From: Promethearchaeota archaeon | Lineage (GTDB): Archaea > Asgardarchaeota > Lokiarchaeia > Sigyniarchaeales > SOKP01 | Assembly (NCBI GenBank): GCA_019894975.1 | Contig: JAGXNO010000018.1 | Coordinates: 1-63,578 of the forward strand | Direction of reading: 5' to 3' | Length of the DNA: 63,578 bases | Shown: piece by piece, positions 1-10,845 of the stretch | Position numbering within the stretch: position 1 is the first letter of the stretch | Layout: each line of letters opens with the position of its first letter | Position numbers and translations under genes: made by a program | Notes under the pieces: generated by a model | Database searches by the model: none | What the model saw: only the letters and a program-made list of their open reading frames with translations | Told to the model about the DNA's origin: nothing

Positions 1-579
1 CCATCGAGAAGTCAACCTAGTCAAAGTGCTAATCAACAACCTCAAACAGTTGATACGAGTCAGGCGACCGAAAATGCTATTGATCAACACATTCAATCAA
101 TTCAACATGAAGTAACAGGAGAGAGAGCTAAGAAAGTCGAAGAGATTATTCGTCTGATAAAAGATCATACAAGAGAGAATATGAACGATAGATACGAAAG
201 AGTTTTCAGACAAATTCATCCAGATAGATTAAACAAAGCACTTAAAATGCTCCAATCCACTAAAAGGAAATCAAAAAGAATGAATTTGTTTATGGAATGG
301 TTCTTCTGTTCAACACTCATGTCTAAAATTGAAGTAAAAGTGGAACATTGGCAAACTAGTAGCGCAGCGAGTCATGGAACTACAGGAGTTTATACTGCAG
401 GAATTGATTTTTCGCGGTATGATAATATTGTACGAGAATTTCCTGATGGAAAATTAACTAAAGTTATTAATATTTCAAGGAGAATACTTCAAAATCCTAA
501 AAAAAAGGCCATTCAGAAATTAGGGCAAGATCTCATAGCTGAAACAGGTTTTGATGAGCATTTATATTTCACAGATTAA
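1..579 (+). CDS. Hypothetical protein, 5'-truncated by the window edge
   Basis: Frame 1 is open from base 1 (PSRSQPSQSANQQPQTVD...) through the listed ATG at 181 to TAA at 579. A P/Q/S-rich linker precedes a globular C-terminal region. No family recognised. Confidence 0.7.
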   Translation, partial: PSRSQPSQSANQQPQTVDTSQATENAIDQHIQSIQHEVTGERAKKVEEIIRLIKDHTRENMNDRYERVFRQIHPDRLNKALKMLQSTKRKSKRMNLFMEWFFCSTLMSKIEVKVEHWQTSSAASHGTTGVYTAGIDFSRYDNIVREFPDGKLTKVINISRRILQNPKKKAIQKLGQDLIAETGFDEHLYFTD

Positions 580-699
580 TTGAATATATCGATTCTATTA
601 AAATTATTGCCAGAAATTATAATTCTCAAATTTAAATCTAATCGAAGATTTAAATATGCTTTTTCTTATATAACTAATAGTATACTCATAATTTGAGAA

Positions 700-1920
700 A
701 TGATGCAAAAATCCAAAATTCTAAAAAATCTTATAGTTTGGGCATTTATTTGTGAGTTTTTATGCATTAATGGAGTGAATATTTTCATTTTTAATGGAAA
801 GGCTGAAACTAATTCTGTACTAAAATATGAAGTAGGAGATTGGGTTAATTCTATAGATATTTCGTCCGATGGACAGTATTTCGTGGTGGGAAGTGGAGAA
901 AATATTTCTTTATTCAATAGAACGAATATTACCCCGCTCTGGAATTTTAATACACAAGAAAGAGTACGTTCAGTTTCAATCACCCCTAGCGGAATGTATT
1001 TTACTGCAGGAAGTGATAATGGAAGAATATATCTCTTTGATAGAAGCAACTCTACTCCTTTATGGTATTACTATGGGGCAAGGTTTGCAGAGATCTCATC
1101 AGATGGACAAAAGATTGTGGCAACGGGAGGTTATAACAATGATGTTTATTATTTTAATAGCACGAGTAATATACCTCTATGGAACTACACATTAGGAGAT
1201 CTTTCATATTCGCTAGCAATCTCATCTAACGGAAAGTATTTTGTCGTAGGAGGGTGGAGTTGGGACAAAACAGTTTATTTCTTCGAAAAAAACAGTTCTA
1301 CTCCATTATGGAGCTATGAAACAGGAGATGTTATTTACTCTGTTGCAATTTCAGCAGAGGGAAAATACTTAGCAGCAGTAAGTAAGGATCATAACATTTA
1401 CTTCTTTGAAAACACAAGTAATACACCCTTATGGTTCTATAATACAGGAAAAGTTGTCAATGATGTTTCAATTTCATCTGATGGACAGTTTATTGCTGCA
1501 AGTAGTTGGTTCGATAATAAAATATATCTTTTTAATAAATCAAGCCCTATCCCCATCTTGATCTATAAAACAGGAGATGGAATTAGGGATATTTCAATCT
1601 CATCCGATGGAGCATTGATTGCAGCAGGAAGTTATGATAGCAAGGTCTATTTATTCAATACCATGAATAGTAAACCTTTATGGACATATCCAATAGGAAG
1701 CGGAATAGGACCGTTGGTAATCTCATCCGAGGGAAATTTTATTGCTGTAGGAGGTGATAGCCAAGTTTATTTAATCCCATATACATATCAACCACCTCCC
1801 AATTATAATTTCATAGGGGCTATAATAATAGTGATTATTGCCATTACGATCTCGGTAATATTTCTCTACTTGTTAAATTATGTTGTTGACAAGAAATTGG
1901 AAGTAGGTAAAACATCCTAA
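700..1920 (+). CDS. WD40/beta-propeller repeat protein, probably surface-exposed and membrane-anchored
   Basis: About 7-8 repeats of ~42 aa (PLWxYxTGxxVxSVxISSDGxYxAxGSxDxxIYxF). Hydrophobic N-terminus, C-terminal TM helix (FIGAIIIVIIAITISVIFLYLL) and many N-x-S/T sequons. Confidence 0.85.
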   Translation: MMQKSKILKNLIVWAFICEFLCINGVNIFIFNGKAETNSVLKYEVGDWVNSIDISSDGQYFVVGSGENISLFNRTNITPLWNFNTQERVRSVSITPSGMYFTAGSDNGRIYLFDRSNSTPLWYYYGARFAEISSDGQKIVATGGYNNDVYYFNSTSNIPLWNYTLGDLSYSLAISSNGKYFVVGGWSWDKTVYFFEKNSSTPLWSYETGDVIYSVAISAEGKYLAAVSKDHNIYFFENTSNTPLWFYNTGKVVNDVSISSDGQFIAASSWFDNKIYLFNKSSPIPILIYKTGDGIRDISISSDGALIAAGSYDSKVYLFNTMNSKPLWTYPIGSGIGPLVISSEGNFIAVGGDSQVYLIPYTYQPPPNYNFIGAIIIVIIAITISVIFLYLLNYVVDKKLEVGKTS

Positions 1921-1934
1921 TCAAAAATGTATAA

Positions 1935-3515
1935 TTAAACTTTTTTGAAGACAGATTCTCCTCTTATAATAGTCTCTAAAACCTTGATTTTTCTAATCAT
2001 ATCTTTTGGAGTTTCAAGTGGATTCTTATCCAATATTACAAAGTCAGCTAGCTTACCAACTTCAATAGATCCTTTAATATTTTCCTCAAAGGCTGCATAT
2101 GCTGCATTTATGGTATAAGTTTTCAGAGCTTCTTCAATTGAGATGCATTGTTCAGGTACAAAACCATTTCGATCAACTAAAGCATGTAATCCCATGATCA
2201 CGTTAGGTTCCTCAACAGGACAGTCAGACCCAGAGATTAATATAATCCCCGCATCGATTATGGATTTCATGGGATAGGTATATTTACATCGCTCTTTCCC
2301 AATTCTCTTTTCTAGCCACGTGTATTCTGAGTTAATGAAAGGGGGTTGACATGAGGCAATTATTCCATATTCTTTCATATCGTTGAGAACATCTTCCGTT
2401 AGCATTGATGCGTGTTCGATTCGATGTCTATGATTTTCTCTTGGGAATTCTGTTAGAAGTCTCTTATATAGGTCAACACAGATTCTATTACCCTTATCCC
2501 CAATAACATGAATAGCGATTTGAAATCCGTCGTTATGAGCAATTTTCATTTTTTCATACATTTCTTCTTCATCAACAACGCAGAATCCACATGAATTAGG
2601 AGCATCAGTAAACGGTTCCCACATGCACGCGGTTTTTGCCCCAAAAGTTCCATCCAAAAATAACTTTAATGTGCCAATCTTGAATTTACTATCCTCTTTA
2701 CCTCCATCAAGTGGAGGATTTTTCAACCTTACAAGCTTTTTCGGTTTATCTATTGAAACAAAGGCATACCAGTTTTGAAGGATATTATCCTGAATCATTT
2801 TATAAATAGGTATCCTACCTTCATTAAGCTGCCCATGAATAGAAGTAATTCCGTTTTTAGCTAATAATCCGAAAGCTTTATTTGCAAATTCTCGTAAAAT
2901 GCCAGGTTCTGGAACCAGATATTTCTCAATTTTTGAAAAAAGTAGAGCTAATGCATTTTCAGAGAGAACCCCTGTTAGTTCCCCTTGAATATTTCTCCTA
3001 ATTTCACCACCCTCAGGATCTATTGAATTTGAGTCAATTTCACCTAATTCTAACGCTTTCGAGTTTGCGATTCCGATATGTCCGTCATATCGTACAATGA
3101 AGACAGGATTATTAGGGCAAACCTCGTCTATTTCCCATCGTGTTGGTAATTTTGGAACATCAAATTCCTCTTCTTTCAGTTTTAAAGCTAAAATAAATTC
3201 ACCATTGATTCTTTTCGCACATGCGTCTCTCAACAATTCTTGTAATTCTTTTAAACTTTTAACTTCAGAAAGATCAAGATTTAGCAATAGGAACATAAAA
3301 CTTAGTGGATGCATGTGACTGTCAATAAAACCAGGAAGGAGTGTTTTTCCTTTTAAATCTATTAAATCATACTCTGGTTCAAGAGTTTTTTTTACATCTT
3401 CAAATTTCCCTACAGCGATAATTTTCTCATCCTCAATCCCTACAGCCTCGACTGTGGGATGATCTTTATCAATTGTTATAATGAGCCCATTATACAATAT
3501 TTTTTTTACGGACAT
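1935..3515 (-). CDS. Amidohydrolase, YtcJ-like (Amidohydro_3)
   Basis: PGFIDSHMH, KLFLDG, HVIGD, RIEHAS, GSDCP and GSIEVGKLADFVIL motifs. Confidence 0.9.
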   Translation of the reverse strand: MSVKKILYNGLIITIDKDHPTVEAVGIEDEKIIAVGKFEDVKKTLEPEYDLIDLKGKTLLPGFIDSHMHPLSFMFLLLNLDLSEVKSLKELQELLRDACAKRINGEFILALKLKEEEFDVPKLPTRWEIDEVCPNNPVFIVRYDGHIGIANSKALELGEIDSNSIDPEGGEIRRNIQGELTGVLSENALALLFSKIEKYLVPEPGILREFANKAFGLLAKNGITSIHGQLNEGRIPIYKMIQDNILQNWYAFVSIDKPKKLVRLKNPPLDGGKEDSKFKIGTLKLFLDGTFGAKTACMWEPFTDAPNSCGFCVVDEEEMYEKMKIAHNDGFQIAIHVIGDKGNRICVDLYKRLLTEFPRENHRHRIEHASMLTEDVLNDMKEYGIIASCQPPFINSEYTWLEKRIGKERCKYTYPMKSIIDAGIILISGSDCPVEEPNVIMGLHALVDRNGFVPEQCISIEEALKTYTINAAYAAFEENIKGSIEVGKLADFVILDKNPLETPKDMIRKIKVLETIIRGESVFKKV

Positions 3516-3534
3516 TTTCCTTCAATTCTATTTA

Positions 3535-4113
3535 CTATTTCTTTCTCAATTTTAATTCTAAATTTTGCTTATTAGCATATTGATTAAGTAAAGATTTTAA
3601 AATTTTTGATTTAGCTTCTAAATCTTTTAAATCTATTCCCTCATCTTTAATTTGAGCTTTACTTTTGCTTATAGACTCCTCTAAATTCTCTATTGGGAGT
3701 AGAGCTGAAGCAATGCAATAAAAACTTTTTGATCTCCCTTCATTAAAGTCTTCTAACATAGTCTTAAGAGATTTAGTTCTTTTATTTTGCTGGTTAATAA
3801 ATTCTTCTATACCTTTTTCTTTTATTAAATTCAAATTATAAAGAGAAACGCGGTGGCATACAAACGAGTCATATACATCCCATTGATTTAATTTTGTACA
3901 TGGAAATTCACTACATTGCGCGCAAGTCTCAAATTTATTATTTTTCACACAGCAAGTTATTATTGAACATGAAGGATGTTTTTTGAAAAAATCAAGACCA
4001 CAGCAACCTGGACACTTAGAAGGACCTTTCGTATAATATGTGGGGCATAATCCACAATCTATGCCGCAGCAGGCAATTGTAGGATAAGTTTTCACCAAAC
4101 TTCTTCTCTGCAT
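3535..4113 (-). CDS. Cys-rich DUF3795-type protein
   Basis: IACCGIDCGLCP...CPGC...CSIITCC...TCAQCSEFPC pattern. Confidence 0.75.
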   Translation of the reverse strand: MQRRSLVKTYPTIACCGIDCGLCPTYYTKGPSKCPGCCGLDFFKKHPSCSIITCCVKNNKFETCAQCSEFPCTKLNQWDVYDSFVCHRVSLYNLNLIKEKGIEEFINQQNKRTKSLKTMLEDFNEGRSKSFYCIASALLPIENLEESISKSKAQIKDEGIDLKDLEAKSKILKSLLNQYANKQNLELKLRKK

Positions 4114-4235
4114 TTCTCAAGCTTGTCTGTTTAGATTAAGATATTTATACTTAGATTTTAATATATAAAAGGTTTATAAGAAAAGTATTATAAAGATGAA
4201 ATAATTCTAAGGATTAAACCATTGGAGATATCAAA

Positions 4236-6581
4236 ATGAAGCCATCAGTCTTGAAAAAATTAAATTTAATTATTGAAGAAGCAAATTCCTTAAAAAACAG
4301 AAGTAAATTTCAAAAAGCGATTGACAAGTTTGAACAAGCACTCAATTTCATTAATATTAAAGTTGATGAGCTTAGTGATAAAAAAATAGAGATTGCTAAT
4401 ATAAGAAATGCGATGAACCAGACGTATTCAGTTGAGATAAACAATTTTATTCAAGAATCCATTCGACTAACAGCACAAAAGGAATATAACCAAGCCCGAA
4501 CAAATTTTCAGACAGCTCTAAAAATTTGTGAGAAAATAGATGATGAGGATCTAAAAGAAGCGGAAAAAAGTGAAATAAACGAACTAATAAGTGAAATTGA
4601 TATACAAGAATTACTAATAAAAGGTATTAGATTAAGAGAAGAAGAAAAGAAGTTAGATGAATCAATTGCAATTTTTAATAAGGGATTGACTATTGCTGAG
4701 AAAATTCAAGATTCAGATGGCAAAAAGGAAAATATATTTAAAATTAATGAGGAAATAAAGAAATCTTATGAATCTCAATTTAAACATATTTTACAACAAG
4801 GAACTGTATTAAAACAGAATGGACGATTCGAAGAAGCTATAAGACTTTTTGAAGAAGCTAAAGATTATATTGAAGAATTCTTCCCCTCGGATACAAAGAA
4901 AACTGAAATAGTAAATATAAAAAATTTAGCAAATGAAATATATTTAAATCAGATTAAATCAATTGTCGAAAAAGCTAATGAATTATTAGAACAAGGATCA
5001 ACCGAAAAAGGGATTGCAGAATTAAAGAATGCTTTGGTAATTGCAGATAAAATGTATGAATCAGAATTGAAAAAGCTTGAGATAAGTCTCATGGCAGAAA
5101 TGTTGAACCCCATTTACATAGAAAGGATTAATCCCATTTTAGCCCAAGGGATTGAAATAACTAAAAAAGAAAATTTTGGGGAAATAATTTCTTTAATAAA
5201 TCAAGCAGTTGATGTGTTTGATAAAGCTTTAGCTATTGCGAAAACTATGATTGAATCGGAAAGAAAGGAATTAGAGATAAAAAAAATAAGTGATTTAATC
5301 AATCAAGCTTGTTTACCGGGAATAAATAATGTTAAGGATAAAGCTATGCAAATAATTGGCCAGCAGAAATACGAAGAAGCAATTAATGAGGTTTATAATG
5401 CATTAAGTCTTGCAAAACGAATGACATTTCCAGAAGAGGAAAATGCTGAACTTGAAGATTTAAAAAATTTAGTTAATAAAATCTATTCGGTAGAGATAAA
5501 AAAGGTTATAAATGAAGGAAAGGAGCTAGCAGAGAACAAAGATTTCGAAAAAGCAATTGAAATTTTTAATGAAGCTTTAAACCAAACAAATAAAATGTAT
5601 CTAACTCAAGAAATGGAGAAACAAGTAAATATGATTAAAAGTCTTATCTATGATGCTGAAGTGGGACTTCTCATTGGAAAGGGATATTTAACAGAAGAAC
5701 AGAAAGAAAAGGAAAAAGAAATCGAAAAACTAATAAAAAGACTAGAGTATGCCCAATCTATAGGGGATGAGAACCGAAGAGTAGAAGAAATGAACAAGAT
5801 CAAAAAATCAATTGATGAAATTCATTCTGAGGAAATCAAATTATTGATTGAACAGGGAAATCAACTAGCAAGTAAGAAGGCATATGAAGAAGCATTTAAT
5901 TTCTATGAAAAGGCTTTAAAAGTAAATGAATTGATGGAAGAACCGGATATAAAAAATAAGGATTTAGTCAAAGATAGTTATAAAAGAGAGCTTATCAATA
6001 AAGCAAAAATGGAAATTGAAGGTAAGCAATATGATGTTGCAATTGAAAATGGAAAAAAGTCTGTTGAGTTAGATGAGAAGTTTGTAGAAGGTTATTATTA
6101 TATAAGTGTAGCTTATAACTATAAGAAGAAGTACGACGCAACTATAGAAAATCTTCAAAAAGCATTATCTTATGATAAAAAACATATCGAATCGTGGAAC
6201 CTGATTGGATTAGCATATGAGGCAAAAAAAGATTATGATACTGCTTTAGAAAACCTAAGAAAAGCAATAGAAATTGATCCTAGCTATTCTACGGGCTGGT
6301 TTAATATTGGAAATGTATACAAACAAATAAAAGAGTTTGATAAAGCTATTGAGAATTATAGTAAAGCTATAGAAATAACCCCAGATAATGCTAAAGCGTG
6401 GTTTTTTATGGGATCTACCTATTTCGATAAAAAAGACTACCATAACGCCATTCAAAACATCGAAAAAGCTATTAAATTAGATCCAAATCTTGCTGAAGAC
6501 ATAAATCCTCTCATCAAAGATATGAAAAACACTATTGATAAGCTCCAAGAAGTTCTAGATTTGTCTTTTATTAGTAGATAG
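4236..6581 (+). CDS. Tetratricopeptide-repeat (alpha-solenoid) protein
   Basis: About 5 canonical 34-aa TPRs at the C-terminus (WFNIGNVY..IKEFDKAIENYSKAIEITP) preceded by longer divergent helical repeats. Confidence 0.9.
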   Translation: MKPSVLKKLNLIIEEANSLKNRSKFQKAIDKFEQALNFINIKVDELSDKKIEIANIRNAMNQTYSVEINNFIQESIRLTAQKEYNQARTNFQTALKICEKIDDEDLKEAEKSEINELISEIDIQELLIKGIRLREEEKKLDESIAIFNKGLTIAEKIQDSDGKKENIFKINEEIKKSYESQFKHILQQGTVLKQNGRFEEAIRLFEEAKDYIEEFFPSDTKKTEIVNIKNLANEIYLNQIKSIVEKANELLEQGSTEKGIAELKNALVIADKMYESELKKLEISLMAEMLNPIYIERINPILAQGIEITKKENFGEIISLINQAVDVFDKALAIAKTMIESERKELEIKKISDLINQACLPGINNVKDKAMQIIGQQKYEEAINEVYNALSLAKRMTFPEEENAELEDLKNLVNKIYSVEIKKVINEGKELAENKDFEKAIEIFNEALNQTNKMYLTQEMEKQVNMIKSLIYDAEVGLLIGKGYLTEEQKEKEKEIEKLIKRLEYAQSIGDENRRVEEMNKIKKSIDEIHSEEIKLLIEQGNQLASKKAYEEAFNFYEKALKVNELMEEPDIKNKDLVKDSYKRELINKAKMEIEGKQYDVAIENGKKSVELDEKFVEGYYYISVAYNYKKKYDATIENLQKALSYDKKHIESWNLIGLAYEAKKDYDTALENLRKAIEIDPSYSTGWFNIGNVYKQIKEFDKAIENYSKAIEITPDNAKAWFFMGSTYFDKKDYHNAIQNIEKAIKLDPNLAEDINPLIKDMKNTIDKLQEVLDLSFISR

Positions 6582-6654
6582 AATAATGAAATATGGAAAT
6601 CCATCTTTATTCTTTAATAGAATTTATTATATTTGAAACAAAGGTAATTCATTC

Positions 6655-7563
6655 ATGTCTTTTCAATACAAGCAAGATAGATATGGTACTTATGGTGGAC
6701 TCTCAATAGGTCCAGATAATTTAGTAGAAGCTGATGCAATTATTCAAGGAGTCCCCTTTGAGAGTGGTACAAGCGGGAAAAAAGGAACTTCGTTTGCGAT
6801 TGATTCATTAAGGCAAATATGTGGAGATATTCAACTTATTTCAAGAAGAGGCGTTTCCATAACAGATATGAAAATCTGTGATATTGGAAATGTCCCAGTA
6901 TTCCCATTAGACTCTGAAGCTACAAGAAATAGCATTGAAAAATCTATGAAGTTTCTATGCTCTAAGACATCAGCTCCAATCATAACTATTGGAGGAGACC
7001 ATTCAATTACATATCCAGAAATCAAAGGTTTGTCACCAACAGGGACTATCGGAATCGTTTGGTTTGATGCCCATAGGGATCTCCTAAATGAAATGCTTTC
7101 CTCACCATTTTCCCATGGTTCCTCTTTAAGAAGATCCATTGAATTAGATGCAGTCGACCCAAGGAATGTACTTTTAGTAGGCACCAGATATATAGAACCA
7201 GAGGAACAAGAATTTGTAGATAAAGAGGGCATAAATGAGTTAACTCAAGCAAAACTAGAAGATGCTGAGAATCCTCGAAAACTAGTTAAAAATAAAATTG
7301 GGGAGATAATTCCTCGGGTTGATCATTTTTTTGTCTCAATTGATATTGATTGCTTAGATCCTGCCTATGCTCCAGGAACAGGAACTCCCGTTGGGGGTGG
7401 AATGACTACAAGTCAACTTATGAACTATATTTGGGATATCCCCGCCTCCATTCGAGCTTTAGATATTGTTGAAGTCTCCCCTCCTTTAGATGTTTCAGGA
7501 ATAACTCTTAAAGTAGTTCTGGCGTTACTCACAGAAGTGCTTGCTAAAATGAAACTTCAATAA
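6655..7563 (+). CDS. speB: Agmatinase / ureohydrolase family protein
   Basis: GGDHS, DAHxD, SHGS and SIDIDCLDPAYAPGTGTP metal-binding motifs. Confidence 0.85.
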   Translation: MSFQYKQDRYGTYGGLSIGPDNLVEADAIIQGVPFESGTSGKKGTSFAIDSLRQICGDIQLISRRGVSITDMKICDIGNVPVFPLDSEATRNSIEKSMKFLCSKTSAPIITIGGDHSITYPEIKGLSPTGTIGIVWFDAHRDLLNEMLSSPFSHGSSLRRSIELDAVDPRNVLLVGTRYIEPEEQEFVDKEGINELTQAKLEDAENPRKLVKNKIGEIIPRVDHFFVSIDIDCLDPAYAPGTGTPVGGGMTTSQLMNYIWDIPASIRALDIVEVSPPLDVSGITLKVVLALLTEVLAKMKLQ

Positions 7564-7606
7564 GCTAAAGAATAAATAGTAAATAAAAAAATTGTTAAAA
7601 GTTAAT

Positions 7607-8767
7607 TTACTTATTCGTCTGTTTCTCTTTTCTTGCTTGTCTTTTCCGTTCCCGTTCAAGTAATACTTTTTTCTTATCCCAAATTGTATTGTATAAATCT
7701 GCTTCAGTTTCGGGGGGAATCATAACCTGGTCTTTCTTTTGAAGGCTCAAGGCTTCAGACGGACATTTCGCAACGCAATTTCCACAACCAATACAACGCT
7801 GTTTGGTTACTGCCGATGTTCCATTCATAGTGATTGCATCCATCTGGCATATTTCCATGCAAGTTTCACATGCAGTACATAGATCTGAATCTACAACCGC
7901 AAAATAATTCGTTGTCACAAAGTCTGCAGGGTTAGGTAGCATTTTAATTCCTTGTAAACCTTCGCAACAGCATGTGCAGCAGGAGCAGATAAAATCAGGT
8001 TTCTGAGCATTTCCTGGTTGAATAATCATTCCTTCCTCTTGATTCTTTTTCAGAATTTCTAAAGCTTCATCCTTAGATATTGCATTACCCCATCCTTCAT
8101 CAATGTATAGCTGTGCGAAATCACCAATACCCATACAAACATCCATTCGCAAAGTGTTCTTACAAGGTTTACCTAGTAGTTCCATACCTTGTCTACATAC
8201 ACAATTAACGGATACAAATGGACCCTCAATATTTTCTAATAATAAGCTTAAATCCTCATAATTAGCAATATTTAGTGAAGGAGTAACACTTTCTTCAACG
8301 GGAACAACACGAAGCTGGGAAATTTGAGTGCTCCCTGCTTCCATCATTAATCCTTCCATCATGTATTGGTGCAAATCTTCAACATATTCTTTTGTTAGCT
8401 TATTAACTTGATACTCAAATGTTCCAATAATGAACATTGCTAGGCTATAAATTCTTTTACCTTCTTTTTTTATGGCTTCAATTGCTCCTTTTCTGACCAT
8501 ATTATTTAGATGGTTTTCCAATTCTTCTTTAGAGTACCCTAAATCTTTTATTCTATCATAGATATCATCTAATGACTCCAAATTATCCTTAGAAAACTTT
8601 AGGAAGGTTGCAATTTTCGCTTCTTCAGGAGAAAAAACGCGCTTTAATAAACGTAATTCTACTCCCGATTTTGTGGCAGGATACCCAACTGGTAAGGTAT
8701 GCAGGTGTTGTTGCAACTCTCGGTATATTTCTACCTCTGATTCAGGTATTAATTTTTGTTCTGACAT
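7607..8767 (-). CDS. 4Fe-4S dicluster protein with N-terminal winged-helix-like region
   Basis: CVCR, CSCCTCCC and two C-terminal CxxCxxCxxxC ferredoxin motifs (CTACETCMEIC, CIGCGNCVAKCP). Confidence 0.85.
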   Translation of the reverse strand: MSEQKLIPESEVEIYRELQQHLHTLPVGYPATKSGVELRLLKRVFSPEEAKIATFLKFSKDNLESLDDIYDRIKDLGYSKEELENHLNNMVRKGAIEAIKKEGKRIYSLAMFIIGTFEYQVNKLTKEYVEDLHQYMMEGLMMEAGSTQISQLRVVPVEESVTPSLNIANYEDLSLLLENIEGPFVSVNCVCRQGMELLGKPCKNTLRMDVCMGIGDFAQLYIDEGWGNAISKDEALEILKKNQEEGMIIQPGNAQKPDFICSCCTCCCEGLQGIKMLPNPADFVTTNYFAVVDSDLCTACETCMEICQMDAITMNGTSAVTKQRCIGCGNCVAKCPSEALSLQKKDQVMIPPETEADLYNTIWDKKKVLLERERKRQARKEKQTNK

Positions 8768-9090
8768 ATTGGATCAATACTAATAGATTTCAATATAATA
8801 TATAATTTCTTCTGAATTTAGATCGAGGAATTTCCTGACATTTCTAAATAATGTTCACAAATTGACCATAAAGCTTATTAGTAAAAGTTTTTTATTTGAA
8901 ATATTTTCATATTTATTTTGAGAGTCTGAATATTGTTCATTCTTTCCATTGTACCTTGGTTTATTCACGTGGGAAAAGCATGGGGGAAAGTTTATATAGA
9001 CGAAGTTGATATATATATATATTAGACTGAAAAAGGTTTAGTTTAAGCATAAAAGTACTAAAAATTGTATATAAAGGTGATGTCAAAAAA

Positions 9091-9276
9091 ATGCAAAAAT
9101 TCCCATGTGGCGTAAAACATAATTTTTCTTCAGGTGCAATTTTTACCGAAGACAGGAATAAGTACGATTGGAATTGTACCAATTGTGAGATGAAGGAAAG
9201 TATTGATACTTCCAAAGAACTTAAAAATATCCAAATAAATCGAAAAGTAATGTGCCCATTACTAACTTACGAATAA
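9091..9276 (+). CDS. Small Cys-containing hypothetical protein (possible Zn-binding)
   Basis: GGTGA just upstream of the ATG; C..H, CTNC and CP residues; followed by a T-rich tract. Confidence 0.45.
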   Translation: MQKFPCGVKHNFSSGAIFTEDRNKYDWNCTNCEMKESIDTSKELKNIQINRKVMCPLLTYE

Positions 9277-9358
9277 AGAATTTTTTGATAATTTTATTTT
9301 ATTTTCTTCCTCAAGAACCACATTTACTCACACTATCTTCAATTCTACAAATATAGTG

Positions 9359-10627
9359 TTACATCAAAAGAGCTTTAAAGAATCGAGGACTTAAAGTAAT
9401 TTTTGAAAGGGCTGGAAGCATTCCAAAAAGTTTTTCTCCAACATAACGGTCATTGCTAGTATTATGTGTTGAAAGATCATGATTTATGTATGCTTCATAT
9501 ATATATTTCCTACAAGTCTTGTTTTCCTTCAAGAGTTTCGAATATAAGCGCCATAGAGACTTCACATAAGAACTATCGTTATAAATCAAGTATTCTAAAG
9601 CATTTCCATTCTTAAAGTAAGTCAGTAAGACGCGTTTAACCTCCTGATCATATAACTGTAGTTCAGAACTACTAAAATTGCTTCCTTTTTCAAATAGGGG
9701 TTGTACAGTTTTAGAAGCTATATCAGCGCAGGCTACACCCGGCAATAATCCTTCATAAAAGCAAGCAGTTACTAATCCTGCAGCTTCACCAAGAATCATT
9801 ACTCTATCACTTGAGAATCTTTTAATCGGATGCTTTGAAATTTCACCTACTACCGCAGCAGATAAATTATAGGATAATCCTTTAATGAAGGGCTGAATAG
9901 GTTTATAATTTTTTAATATCCTTTCTAATTTTGACAAGATTTCTTCTTTAGATAGTCCTCTTTCTCCTAAATATCCCACAGAGATTCTTTCGATACCCTT
10001 ATTAAGAAAGAATGGACCTTCTCTGCTTATTTTAGGGTTTATGTGGAAAGTGTAATTCCATTCTAAATTCTCATTTATTTTATCTTCATTACCAAAAAGG
10101 TGGAGATACACACCTGTATAAGAATCAGGAGATTTAAAACCTAGAGATCGTTGTAATTCAAAACCTCGCGAACCTGTTGCTAAAACCAATAGTTTAGTAT
10201 TGTAAGATTCTCCTTTGGCATTAATTAATTCCAAATGATCATTGTGTCTATTAATTTTTGAAATTTTCTCATTGGATTTAAAGGTCCCACCATTTTGTTC
10301 AATATTCTTAATCAATTCCGCTATTAAATTTTCTGTATAGCTGACATTTCCGAGGGGAATTCCAAATTCTGTAGAGTCAATTACACCATTAAATTCATCA
10401 CTCATATAATTTGAGGTGGTATGAGTTGTTGGGAAGATTTCTCTATTTTCCCAATCAATTTCTTCTTGGATAAATGGTTTATTATGCTCAGGAAATATAT
10501 TTGTCCTAATAGGAATTTCTTTTTGATAATCTTGTGCTTCAATAAGTAGAGTTTTTGCATATTTTGAAGTTTTAGATCCTAAATTTGCTCCTGAAACTCC
10601 AGCTCCAACGATAATTATATCAAACAT
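9359..10627 (-). CDS. FAD-dependent oxidoreductase, geranylgeranyl-reductase-like (divergent)
   Basis: DIIIVGAGVSG Rossmann motif, ATG linker motif and GEAAG..GL motif. The typical GGR YxWxFP motif is not evident. Confidence 0.75.
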   Translation of the reverse strand: MFDIIIVGAGVSGANLGSKTSKYAKTLLIEAQDYQKEIPIRTNIFPEHNKPFIQEEIDWENREIFPTTHTTSNYMSDEFNGVIDSTEFGIPLGNVSYTENLIAELIKNIEQNGGTFKSNEKISKINRHNDHLELINAKGESYNTKLLVLATGSRGFELQRSLGFKSPDSYTGVYLHLFGNEDKINENLEWNYTFHINPKISREGPFFLNKGIERISVGYLGERGLSKEEILSKLERILKNYKPIQPFIKGLSYNLSAAVVGEISKHPIKRFSSDRVMILGEAAGLVTACFYEGLLPGVACADIASKTVQPLFEKGSNFSSSELQLYDQEVKRVLLTYFKNGNALEYLIYNDSSYVKSLWRLYSKLLKENKTCRKYIYEAYINHDLSTHNTSNDRYVGEKLFGMLPALSKITLSPRFFKALLM

Positions 10628-10845
10628 AGCCGCTCATAACAGATTCATGAATAGAATTACTTTTAAAAATATTTGTATGGTTTTTAATTTTTAGGATTCA
10701 ATATTTTTACAACAAAACTCGTATGTGTTAGTAGTTCAGAACATATCAATCAAAAATTAATTTAAATATATGCAATTTATTTAGTATTTACAGAAATAAA
10801 TGTAAGTTCACTTCATTTTTCTCTTATATCTTAATGTGATCTCAT

